The notes under the pieces: generated by a model
Seen by the model: the letters and a program-made list of their open reading frames with translations, nothing else
The model's database searches: none
Told to the model about the DNA's origin: nothing
Position numbers and translations under genes: made by a program
Shown: positions 24,534 through 38,700 of the stretch, one piece after another
How the letters are laid out: each line of letters begins with the position of its first letter
Position numbering within the stretch: the first letter of the stretch is position 1
Assembly (NCBI RefSeq): GCF_964204645.1
Contig: NC_134025.1
Location: 20,497,101-20,561,100, forward strand
Source: Tubulanus polymorphus
Lineage: Eukaryota; Animalia; Nemertea
DNA length: 64,000 nt
Direction of reading: 5' to 3'

Positions 24534-27500
24534 TTCGCGTATGAACGTTCCTCGGGTATAAGCCCTCCTAAAGCTTTAGAGGGAAACAGGATGGTGCGAC
24601 TAAAACAGTTGGTCATCATAAACTTAGAATTAGTGTTCATTTTCATCGATTTTGATCTAGATTTTATAGGCTCTGGAATCCAAATAACAGTTGCACAAGT
24701 CAACGAAAATATGAACGTTTGACTTTTCTAATCACTGTTTTCATTGATAGCTGATTATCTTAAGGAGAAAACTAGATTTGTTTGATTTTAATTGAAATGT
24801 AGAAGAATACTATCATTGCCTAGTTCACTGGTATTTTTGCACTTAGGCGTAATAACACTATGTGATATAATTGTCATGTAGGTTCACCCTCTCGATGTAC
24901 GTACAGAAAAATCATATTGGATCAGTAATCCAATTGTTTTGAAGAACAAGCAATGTAGCTTACACGCTTCATTGTAAAACGTACATTCCAGGATTTTGTT
25001 ACCAGGGATGGTTATGGTTTATTTGTACATATATTTTGTTATTCTCTATTAGTGAATGTTAAATCTCAGGATAAGCCACAGTCACGTGGTCGTGGTTATT
25101 TTTAAGTGCCATCTATTCACACACTGCACCGCTGAAACGAAAAACCCGGAAAGCAGGGGCTGATTTAGGAAAATTGGAAGGCCATTACGTTTTTCAAGAA
25201 AAACATATGGAAATTTGTCTTTTCTGAGAGAATGAGTGTAAAATTTACAGGTTTTAACAATCTTTTTCTTGATGAAAAGGGCTAACTCAACGGGAAGGTA
25301 GAGGTCCGTACCACCAAGACCTCCCCGTAAATCCGCCCCAGGAAAGAGTATGGAAGGCTGAAATGTTTAAGAAAGCAAGCGTACAAGACCCGGTTTCGAT
25401 CCCCAGTGCGCGTTATTTCACTGTCACTTCTCTTGATCATTACAGCTGAATTACTCTCATGTAGTACTGATGATGTGAATGGTGGTTATTATGGTGCAGT
25501 AGTCACCCCCGGCTATAGATAGATAATACCGTGTGTTGTGTTAAATGAAGGAGAAGAAATCATATTTATTTTACGATATATTTAACAATCTGTCGAATCA
25601 ATCATCATATCGTTCATAGAAATATACTCCAATGATACCAATTAGAAATTTTGATTATTTCAATGAAAATTTTGTACCATTCTACAGTGTACAAGCCTGT
25701 TTAATTTGAATGTTGGGGTCGTATTCAGGGACCCATAAAATTCATCCTATTTATACTGAGTTCATTGACTTACTCTTACATGACCAACAAAATCTAAATG
25801 ACCAACAAGATTCAATGGCCTTGACCTAAGAAAAGAGCCGTTCCAAACATTTTCTATGACTTTTTCAAGTTTTCTTTCCTAGACTTTAAGCGCAAAATTA
25901 CCAGGATTTTTTGTATTGTATTCTAAAAATGATAAATGACACTAAGGCTAAAGAAAATGATAACTTGTTTCTTCACTTATGTAAACGGCAATAAAATTTG
26001 TGATCAGTTCATTTCTATAGCTATGTCTGTTATGGTTAGCCTGATCATAAAAATAGTTACGTACGGGGTAGCTAGCTGGCCGACCGGATCAACATTTAGC
26101 CTAAGACAGAGAAACTAGGTATCAATTTTTTTTGCCTTCAATAATTTTAGACCATGTTCAAAGACTTTCACTGACCACTAGAAACGGGTATCAGAAAAAT
26201 TTCCATATTAGATTATGAAATTATGTTTGTACGAAATATTGTCTGGATTAAACGAGAATCTGGATTGAATTGATCTAGTAAAAGCAGGATTAACTGTATT
26301 CAGAATCTGCTGGTTTAGATTTTTACAAATAATGATAGAGTTTTGATAATTTTATGATACGAAGACGTGAGACATTCCAGGTTTTTAACGTTTTTTTTTC
26401 CGGAGATAAAACGATAAAACCATGAGTAAAACTGCTGAATGCCATTTATTTTATAACGAATGTTTATTGAACTGTGTAGATCACTGTGTAGATCATGTTG
26501 TATGCATTCATCATAATGAATTGTGAAACTCTTCTTGATTTGGCTGTATGTCCAAGAAATACTAGAAACATCTTAAAGACTATTATGTGAAAAATCCCGA
26601 GTTCATCATTCTGACAACTGGAAGGGCAAATTACTGATGTTAGCTTTGAAGTGTTGACTCAGGTGGAGACATTTCGGGTGATAGATGCCATGTAGAAAAG
26701 TGGGCGATCTGGAAGCGGATCCCTGACACACCCCTTAGATCCGCCTCTATATAAGCGGGCTTAAATTCCTCGTCAATTTATCTAGAATATCTAAAACCCG
26801 CAAATGATTTTCAACTGTTTGTATTTTGCGAGACCCATTATCGAAAGAAACTGACGAATGTTGCGCTTAAAACAATGAGTTCTCGCAACAAGCTTCCTAA
26901 AATTTCTAAGAAACATTTGACAGTTGGTAAATCGATTGTAGGTTATGATTTTAGTGAGGCATCATTTCTTATTTTTATACCGGTACTGATTTCGCATTTT
27001 CAAAACTTCTGCTATGTGCAATAGATATGCTTTAACCAATGGGGTAATGAATTTAACGAATATTTTTTTTGTAAATGAGCTTTAATAAGAGATGAGTTTG
27101 AAGATTTATTTTTGTAAGTTGTGACTTTGTTATGATACTGTCGTGAATGTTCATTACAAAATTTTGATCTTTTAAAAAGTTAAAGATTTTTTTTTTAGAA
27201 AAAATGTACCAGTTACAATTGTGGGATATTAATCTTTGTATATACATTATATACATTTGTATATCAATTATGTGTTAATCTATGATTTATGAATTGATTT
27301 AAAATGAATATAGCAATCAGATTTATTGAATAATATGTTCATCATTTTGCTGGTTTGTCGGGGGCTCTTTCTTTCATCTTATGGACATACTAACCGCAGA
27401 CTTGTGTCCGTTCTTCTCGTTAGAAGCGTATTCGACTAAACTGCTCTCAATACTCGATACATAAAACAAAGTATGGAAAATGAGATTTGGAGAATGATTA

Positions 27501-27907
27501 TGCTCTGAAGTACATGAAATACACTTGGTTTACTGCATAATATGGACCGGGTATCTGACATAGGAACAAACAAGCGCGCGCGCGCGCGATTAAACATTTC
27601 ATGCATTTCAAATTTGCTTTTATCTCTGGGCAACTCGACATGTATATGTTATATTATCTATCATGTAAGTAATATTATTGGCATTTTGCCAAATTAAAAC
27701 CCGTTATCAAATATCCGATTGTTAGTATAATAGTACACACGTGAGCTATGTTTGGTATAATTTTACACGTACCGGTATATATGTATTATGCATATAAAAA
27801 ACCTTGAACAACAACGTCTTATGACAGATAATTGAATAGATATTATGAACGCTATAAACTGGAATACAATAGATGATAATCTTCAATAATATTGTGAGGG
27901 ATCGAAC

Positions 27908-29519
27908 ATGTTTCTGTTGGTTTTGGCAGTGATCTTCGTCACGTTCGTTGGAGCCGTTATTTGGTCCATTCAAAAAATACTCACCGAAGACCTCGATGAA
28001 ATACCGTCTGATGTTCTCGAAAGTTTAGGTAAATAATATTTCAACTTGAATTTTAGCTATAACCGTTTATTTCATGTATACATATGAACCGCATTTCATC
28101 GAAAATGCTTAACTCGTCGTTGCAGGGAAATATGGCAGAAGAATGGGCTCGAATGAATGTTTTTACGAATTCGAAAATGGCCACAAAAATTTGTACGACA
28201 GTAACGTCATTTTTCTCGAATCCAAGGTACGACTATCGCAGCAACTGGTCGTCCGTTCATTGGCTTACATATGGAAAAGGCATCCACTTCTGCGCTGTAA
28301 AATATTCAAATATAAATTACACAGCCGAAAAATCGTGATGTTTTTCAAAGAGATGACCTCGGAACCTCAGCTCGATTTCAAAGTGATAGACACGCTGGAT
28401 TGGCAAGAGGTTCTGCACGAGGAATTTCAGAAAGAGTTCAATTCTGAGCAGGGGCCTCTGTGGAGGAGCAGGATGCTCCAAGGCGAGTTAGGCGTAGACA
28501 ATAGATGGCGTTATAGTTTCGTATTCACGTTTCACCACGCGATCGTCGATGGAGCGGCAATTGTGCAGATTTATAGAGAGTTCATTCAAAATCTGGAAAT
28601 CTTGATAACCGGTAGCGAGCCGGCCGTAGAAAGCCTGCCGATGATGCCTTGCGTCGAAGATGTATTCGCCGACGAAATGAAATTAAGTATGTACGATAAA
28701 TTGAAGCATTACGTACTTTACGCCTGGCAAAACGCGCGAAATGCAGAAAATACGACCGAAATCGGGAAGAACATGGTGAAAACGTTCAAGACGAATGAAA
28801 AACCTTCGACAAAGCTTTTTCCCATTCAATTCGATACGAATGAAACTGGTTTCATATTGCGGAAGTGTAAAGAACAAGGAGTACGCGTACATTCCCTCTG
28901 CACGATGGCGGTGGCGACCGCCTTGCTGGCCCTTCTGGATAAGTATCACGTAGAAACGAACCAACCACTGCGACTCGTCACCGCGCATTTAGCGTCACTT
29001 AGAAATTTCGGACGAAATCCCGTCGGAAACGACACCATGGGAACGTACATATCCATGCCAGCCATTCGACAAATTCTTAAACTTCCGTCCGCAGTAACTA
29101 AACGGCAGTTCTGGAAAATGGCCGAGAAGTTCCAGAGTCGTCTGTACCGTCATCTGAACAAGGAGCACATGAAACGCAGAAAGTTGATCAGTTTGCAGAA
29201 GAGTATAACGGAAGAGTCGGTAGCGGTAAGCCATCTACTTCGTGAAGAATGGCAACGGCCATTCGATATTGTCATGTTTAACCGCGGTCACCACAAACTA
29301 CAGGGAGATGATTCCGAAGAACGACCTATCAAGTTTTTAAACACGTTTTTCGGTATTGGGGCGAACAACGATTACACGACACATTTAGGGCATTATATTT
29401 GCACGGTTGACGGTCGGATGTCGTGGACATTTCAATATCGATCGCAGCTTATGTCTACCGAAGTGGCCGCTGATTATTGTAGACTAATTAAAATGACGCT
29501 TTTCGAGTATTGCGAATAA
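27908..29519 (+). CDS. Membrane-anchored CoA-dependent acyltransferase (condensation-domain/alcohol acetyltransferase/PapA5-like fold), ~504 aa
   Basis: Exon 27908-28028 (MFLLVLAVIFVTFVGAVIWSIQK..., G|GTAAAT) splices in phase to 28126-29519. Motifs RRMGSNE, KRHPLLRCKI, GPLWR and catalytic HHAIVDG; AATAAA overlaps the stop. Confidence 0.88.
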
Positions 29520-29600
29520 AAAGGTTCATTCCAGAATTTTGCAAAAAGATGACCTTTATTTGTCCACGAATTTTAGTGCAAAGACTATTAAAAGTCGTTT

Positions 29601-31313
<1,713 letters not shown>

Positions 31314-32758
31314 ATTTCAACAGCAGACGCGGTGCGGTTCTCTTGTTCACTCGTAAACGGGCATTCATTGATTTGTCATTTTGTTCGGCGCGATGAGAGT
31401 TTCTCATTTTCCATAATTACTTTTTTGCCTGATTTAAGTTTTAATGATCGTTGTATCGTGAGTGATTATAGCGGTATGAAATGTGATAAATCGAAAGTGC
31501 CTGTAGTTAATCAATAATTCGCGGTGACAAGTTGCTTAACAAGTCATTAACGTCGCCGAGATACCGCAATGATTCCAATGATTCATTGATGATCTGAAAA
31601 AAATTCACCTTCCATGATCGTCGTTATCTTAACTTAAACGATTCATACTCTAGAAAGCCAATTTGATTGGCTCAGTGACTATGTACCTGCTGTGCTCGTG
31701 GAGTGGTGGGGCAATTCCCAATTCAAACGTAGAGCCATTGAGTCTGAAATACTGCGGGCCCGAGTCAAATAAACGTCGAAAACTGCACATGTATCAATGC
31801 GTATGAACATAGGTTGGAGGTAAAAACTGTAATTGGTTGCCGAGGAAGACGGCTAGACAGTCAGAGGACGAGTGTGATGATAGTGACAATTATTAATGAG
31901 CAATTTGAACGGGCAATGCGGTTAAACACAAGGACTGATATGATCATTTTTGCAACGAAATGAGCGGGTATAGAGACAGGTCATCCTCGCTTGCCAGGGG
32001 TCCGGTATCACTCCCGAACTCGCTTCCACCAGCCCCCTGGCCTCACGAAGCGTGATTTCATTAATGGCACTGTTGCGCATGACGTCATATATCGATTTGC
32101 GAAATACTTCCTTGTTCGGTAAAACGTTCGCTGATTGGTCAATTTAACGGGAAAACCAACATAAGTCTACTGACGGTTTGTTACAAGCGCTGTGATTGGT
32201 ACGACCGGATTCTGGTCGGCTAGTAACGACTCCAACGACTCGTGAGGTCAAGGGGTTCGGGGAACAGCTTTAGCGTAGTGGGTTCGAATCCCTTGACGGG
32301 TGAAGATGGAGACAGGTAGACAAAAAACTTATCACCGACGTAACCATACACCTTCGACCTTGGCCAAACAGACGTTTTCTTTCTAGTTCACGGAGCGTCG
32401 TCCGCTTAACTGCCATCGATATTGAGAAGTGGGTAGGTATACCGGCTCCCGGTGACGATATTGAAACTGTATGAAAACCCCTTAGTGTGACTAGACAGTC
32501 GATAGGTTTCCCCAAGAAACACAAAAAATGCACAACATAATCACCATTTTATGATTAGATACATATTATGATTATTGATAAGCTAGGTAAAATATCGAAT
32601 CATTTTACAACTTCAGTTTATTGAATCAGTTGCCGGAAATTAGAGTTTCGTTTTTGTGTCAACTGCTGTTGAAAATATATGTTAGACATGACCATTTCAT
32701 TTACTACGATGGAATCTTAACAGGATTTGAATGCATAGCTTTCGAGCAATTGACTCGA

Positions 32759-35700
32759 TCAACAAAGAATAGGATCGGTTGCTTCGCCTGGACACTGAGC
32801 TCCACCATTGGATGGTGGGGGATTATTGCACTCTCGTGATCTGTACTTGATACCAGAAGTACATGTGCTCCACTCGCTCCAACTTCCCCATGCCCCGTTA
32901 ACTGAAACAGAAAATGACACAAGCTCATTATATTTGATTCCTAGTAAGAACGGATACAACAGAAATTATCTTGCTACTTACTCGGACACAATTCAGTTGA
33001 GCATGATTCACTTTCTGTTTCAGATCCGCCGCAAAGAGTTGGATCGACGAATGCTAAATCTTTTGGATCCCAGCATTGTCTGGTGCGCGTTCGGGTGCCA
33101 GTACCACAAGTCTTCGAACAGGCAGTGAATGCCTGCCATGCTGACCAGTCCGGGACTAGTAAAACTGTTAAATAGGAACAAGATTTACCCCATTATCTTG
33201 TTCTAAATATTCAAATCGTTTGTTTCTGATCATTCTAGTCAGTTAAATACACAACGCATTAAGAAATCGATGAACAAACGATTTGAATTCCATAGTCAAT
33301 TTGAGGTATGCACCGAAAATAGTATTGAACAGGACATTGCCAAATCACATGGCTTAAAATTGACGTGGCCTCCTTCGTTTATTGTTTTTTCATCAAAATT
33401 GCACCAACCTTCGTCCAAGGCATAGACATCCATTGCATTTTTACCGCCGGTACCTTCGTTACCACATGCCTTCGACGTTGTTATATCTCGAACCGTTTCA
33501 ACGGTCAAGGTTTCGGCGAGACACATTCCTCCTGCCAGCAATCCAACAGTATTGTAGTTCATTGACCCGGCAGCTAAAGCACATTTCTGAAATTTCACAA
33601 TTTTAGGTGTGTTTTGTTATACGCATTAAAGTAAAGTAACACCAATATAAATGAAACTTCAGGTCCCAGTTCCACAGTTGGGTGTTTGATTTTGATTTCA
33701 TAACTGAAATAAATTCATTTCAGAGACCCAATCATAAACTATGCCTGCTTCCTAAACCCCCTGCCTACAACTGTAACATCTGGATTCTTGTTGAACATGA
33801 CCGTGAAAGAACCCAATAGGCGATTTACTGGTGTCATATGTATTTAAGTGGCCGCCATGGAGCCTGACCATGGAGCCGAAACAGAATCCAGTTCCGCAGT
33901 CGGTTAACATTCAAAACTAAAATCTAATCCTTATTTCAGTTTTAAATCATGATTTAACAGCACAAAAGGGGAATTGTTTTCACTTTACTCGTAATTTGTC
34001 AGTCCTATCGGCGAATTCACCATCGAGATGCGATGACTTATTCTCTAGAAGAGTAAACAAAGGTGGCCAGCCAACATCTTCGAAACATCCAATCTGAACA
34101 AAGGTTTCCCCTATATTGGTAGAAATAGGGAAAAGACACGTAGACAAACAAAATAGAAATGGACCTTTATCATTGAAGACCATCGATTAGAAATTAGAAT
34201 AAGTCGCACTGAATTACCAGAAGTGGGACATTCTACTGTTTGGCATAGTTGATGTTCAAAACCGTCTCCTGGACACGTTGGCCCTCCATTGATAGGCACT
34301 GGATTATCACATAACCTAATACGCGATCGCTGACCCCCTCCACATGTTGCACCACATGTAGACCACTCACCCCAACTACTCCAAGCCCCACCGTATGGCA
34401 CTGTGAATAGTAAAAAAATTGAGAAACACATACACAGGTGTATTTGACTTTTATCAACATTCCATAGGAAGAAAGGCGCTGTTTTCTAAGGAATGACGGC
34501 ACAACGAATTAAGAAAGCCGGAGCTCACGCCAATGAAGGGTTTGCGGCCGGGGTTTGTGTTGGCGTAAGCTTCAGCAGGCAGCAATCAAAACCACGGCAG
34601 GGATTCGAACCTGATGGCATCGCCACGGTATGTTACCCTGCCACACTAGACCGAGTGCGCAGCTTAGATGATGTCATTATTAATCAGAAACCCTGTTTAA
34701 TTTTAGCCCGGGTTTTTCCATTTATAGTTCTGTGAAATTCGCCTCGGCGATTATCATCAAGAAATCCGATTGTTGCCGCAAGTTTTCGCACGGCAAACCT
34801 GCGCACCTGGTCTAGTGTCTTGTATAGCAATGCCATCAGGTTTTCAAATCCCTGCTCGGATGGATGGTTTGAATGATGCCACGTTCTGAATTGGTCAGTC
34901 CTAAACTATATAATTGAAAAGTGTCTTACGCGCACATGATCCCCAGTAACCATCAAAGGTTTCATTGAGCGAACACCACATGGACCTCCAGTCGACGGAA
35001 GTACAGAAGTCATACCGTTTACCCTTATAATAGAACGGGAAATGGCAGCTTTCTCCATTAGTAGTCAGGACATTGGTGGACAACGTCTCGGCAGAACCTA
35101 TTAACAAATGATTTCAAAATTATACATACACTTCAGTTTATAGGAATAGTACATAAAAACCTACAGGAACTAATTGAAATTTTGATTTCAATGTGACTAT
35201 AATATTCCTCGAGATTTGAAAGAATCATTATTATTTTCTTACCGAAAAGGCAATAGCCCCATATTATATTATCATAAGTGGGGAACTGTTTGGTGCTGCA
35301 CCAATAAAGCGGGGCCGTTCCGTTTGTTTCAGCCATTATACAATGGTTGTATTCGGTACCGTTATATTTGAACGGAAAATGGCAGTATTCACCGTTGGCA
35401 TTTCCACCGACTGTCTTTATATCTGTGTTTAGAAATGAAAAAATTGTTGTAGGAGCCATGCAGTGACAGTTTCTTCACCGTTTTGTGGACATGTGTCAGT
35501 CACATTGGCCGTTATAATGGTAGTCAACTGTCGCATTCGGTTAATTAGTTCAATTTAATTCAATTCACTTTTGCTCTCAACGGCCAATATGACGCAGAAA
35601 AGAGGTCCGAACAAGATCGGACGTAATTATCATCATTTGACAGAATAGATTTTATTCACATATGATTGAAATCTCAGAAACGGGACCCAATAACAGGAAC

Positions 35701-38700
35701 CATTTCCTACCGCTACAGCCGTACAGTCGCCTTATCTCAGCTATGTCACTAACACTCAGGTTTTCAGTGACTCCTGGTATGAAACCATCGGGAAATGTAG
35801 CTCCATTTATGATGTCCATCGTGTTCACATCTGTGTTTCTAGCGAATGCGCCCAAAACGTAATGCATTACGCTTCTAAAATCGTATTCGAAACCGTTCGT
35901 GATCGAGTCATCTTGTTTACTAAACTGCCCCTCTTTACCTAAAATTACGAATACGAAAATGTATACATATCTTTTTCAAGCAAATGATGAAAAAAACGAG
36001 GGTATAAAAGACAGGTAGAGATTGGAAAAAGAAATTCAGCCACTTACCATATACAATGTTACCCCAGTTGATTCTAACGTAATCATCTCTGTCAGGCCTC
36101 GTGTGTTCGTGGTAAAAACCAACCGTGTGCATTAGTTCGTGTAGGATGATACCAGCTGGTAGAGGCGTACCATCCTCTTCGAACATACACCTTGAATCCA
36201 GATTCAATTGCTGTTGAACACCGTACTTTATTCCGACATATGAGTAACAACTAGATTTACAGAAATACACGTTATTACTCTGTTACGCTTTTAAACATGC
36301 GTTGGCAACGGAGAATGAATGAAATTACCCCTTATACGATCCTGTTATATTGACGTACGGCGATTGAACATAAGTTTCTACAAATTTGATGCAACATTTC
36401 GTTTGTTCAGTAAACCGGTCCATTATATTCCTAATTCGAACTTTGTGATCGTTAGCTGTAATTTGAAACAATCCTGTTAAAAGAGGCTGTGTGTTTCACT
36501 AAGAAATGATGAAAGTTCTATCAATTTTGCTGGTATGTTTTTATCTGGCCACGGCTATACTTAGCTAAATGGGCCCAGTTTTATCGAATGTAAATAAAGA
36601 CTTTTCCATTTAAGGTTTATCATTTTTCGTTGAAATTGGACACCGGGGCTGCGGTTTCACCAGGGATTTAACTAAAGGTTTTTCATAGCATTGGCAAATT
36701 ATTTGTTACTCAAAGGGGGTAATATCCGAGGCAGTAAATAATAAATCATCAATATACATGCATTAGCATTACTAGCTTGATACTCGGAGTCAAGTCTTAA
36801 AAAGATGGAAACATATTTTCCTTCGATTTACTCACTAGGAATAAAATGCAATAAAAATGTATCTCTCGTATGCTTGAACCTTTCTATCAAACGCAGCCCA
36901 GAATAAGAATCTTGCTAATCAAATAAGGCAGTCAACAAAAAGTAAACCCCATCAGCCGCTTGCCGGTTCAGGCAGCAGAAATTTCAAAATTATGCGCTTC
37001 GATTTGAACTGAAAATTCTACGTATGTATTCGACCGGCCATCCAAATTTGTCTGTTGTTACGATTTAGCTATTTTGGCTAAATAGTAATGCTGTTTGTAA
37101 AGTATTTTTATGTAACTTTAGGGCAGAACATCTGCTGTTTTTATAACATTTAGCGTAGATCGACATTCAAGACCCTTCAAACTGGCATCTTTAGGCTTCA
37201 TTGTTCCAATTCTTAGTTAGTATCCATTAGGCTTATTATTATATAAACATTGGTTAAACCATGGTCTTGAGTGGCGATCTCTCTACTTGTAGAGATTTAT
37301 AGAGTATTTTAGTTATATTATTGTATATAGAATGTTTGGGAGTTTATTTAGTAATTAACTAATGGAAAGGGATTGAGACTTGGGGTGATATTCTGGGGAT
37401 AAAAAGGGTTAGTTCAGTAGATTCGGGGAGACCAAGTAAGAGAGGAGAACGGGAACTAGTAGAGTAGTAGAGAGAGGAGAACCGAGAGATCAGATCGGGA
37501 TCGTACGGGAGATTAGCCGAGGGATTGGATCTGGATCAGACGGGTCGACTATAGGATTGTAGCCACACCATAGAAGAAATTATATATCGGATAATGGAAT
37601 AAACATATATCGTATTATACCAGATAAAGGCAAACTACTGAGTTAAGTTAAGTATACTTTTTATATCCCGGATTCTAGGAGCTAGGCAAATCGTTTACAA
37701 ATAGGTTATCGGTAACAAGAGATACCGATAGGTAAGAAATATATACTAAACCGCTTCACTCAGAGTTATCGAAAGCGACGACCACTAAGATCGAACGAAC
37801 ACTTAAAATCGTTTCACTGTACTTCGATTTCCGATTTCAAAATCAAACCCCTGCCCCATTTCGCTTCCAGAGCAGGTGCGGTAGATTCGAAAACGACACT
37901 AAATATTAGTAATCCAATCAAATCAAATCAAATCAAACAAAGAAATTAAAGGGGAAATTAGCCAGCCCTATTTAAAGATCAATCCTTACGCATTTCTGTT
38001 TCCAGCGTGTACGGTATAATACCATCCAACCAATACGCGCTCCTGTCGTCAGATCTTATGGCACTTCTTTTCCGTCTAAATAATCCACTAAACGAGAAAA
38101 GTTTGATTTGTAAATTCAAAATCATTGTATATATGTTGGAATACTTCATCATTTGCTCGAAAAGAATCCACGTGGATAACTCAAGATACATATTTCGTCA
38201 CAAGCGCCAAAAACTTGATTTATTTTCTGATGTTACATATAGGAGGGCAGATTTTAGATGGAATATTTTGCCAGCAGAAAAAAAATATATACTGAGATTT
38301 ACCTATTTTCCGTGTTACGTTTGAAAAAGTGATTTGGTCGTTTAAGCTTGGTTTTTGCTACTTGTATATTCAATCCTTTGCGAACTATGTTTTGAACATC
38401 CCTCAAGTAGTCTTCATGCCAGTCTTTGTATGTACTTAGCACGTTTGTAACGTGATACCTGGTCGCGTTTTCTATTCTGTCTATGAGCGTGTTTCTCGCC
38501 TTCCTCCAATCACTGACCAACTGCATTGAATACTCATCGTATTGACTAGCCAATTCATGAGTCTTGGCGTCCGTAAGGTCCACGGTTTTGGTCCGACTTA
38601 CTAGTTCCTTCAACGCTTCTACTTGTTTAGTATTCAGAGTTGCATTCGGTGGCACATACAACGAGCCAGTGGCTGTAGACGGATTGCCACCAGTCGAGAC

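Noticed and set aside
27574-27588. (GC)7 tract upstream of the acyltransferase as a Z-DNA regulatory element
   Set aside because: It is a short simple repeat, and nothing else in the sequence supports a function.
28143-29519. Bacterial contamination or a prokaryotic single-exon gene
   Set aside because: It has an in-phase spliceosomal 5' exon and a polyA signal, and is contiguous with intron-rich animal genes.
32715-32761. TGA readthrough or selenocysteine at the astacin C-terminus
   Set aside because: The TGA is conserved in the paralog, but the downstream frame is not (indel), the terminal TSP1 already has an even Cys count, and no SECIS was recognised.
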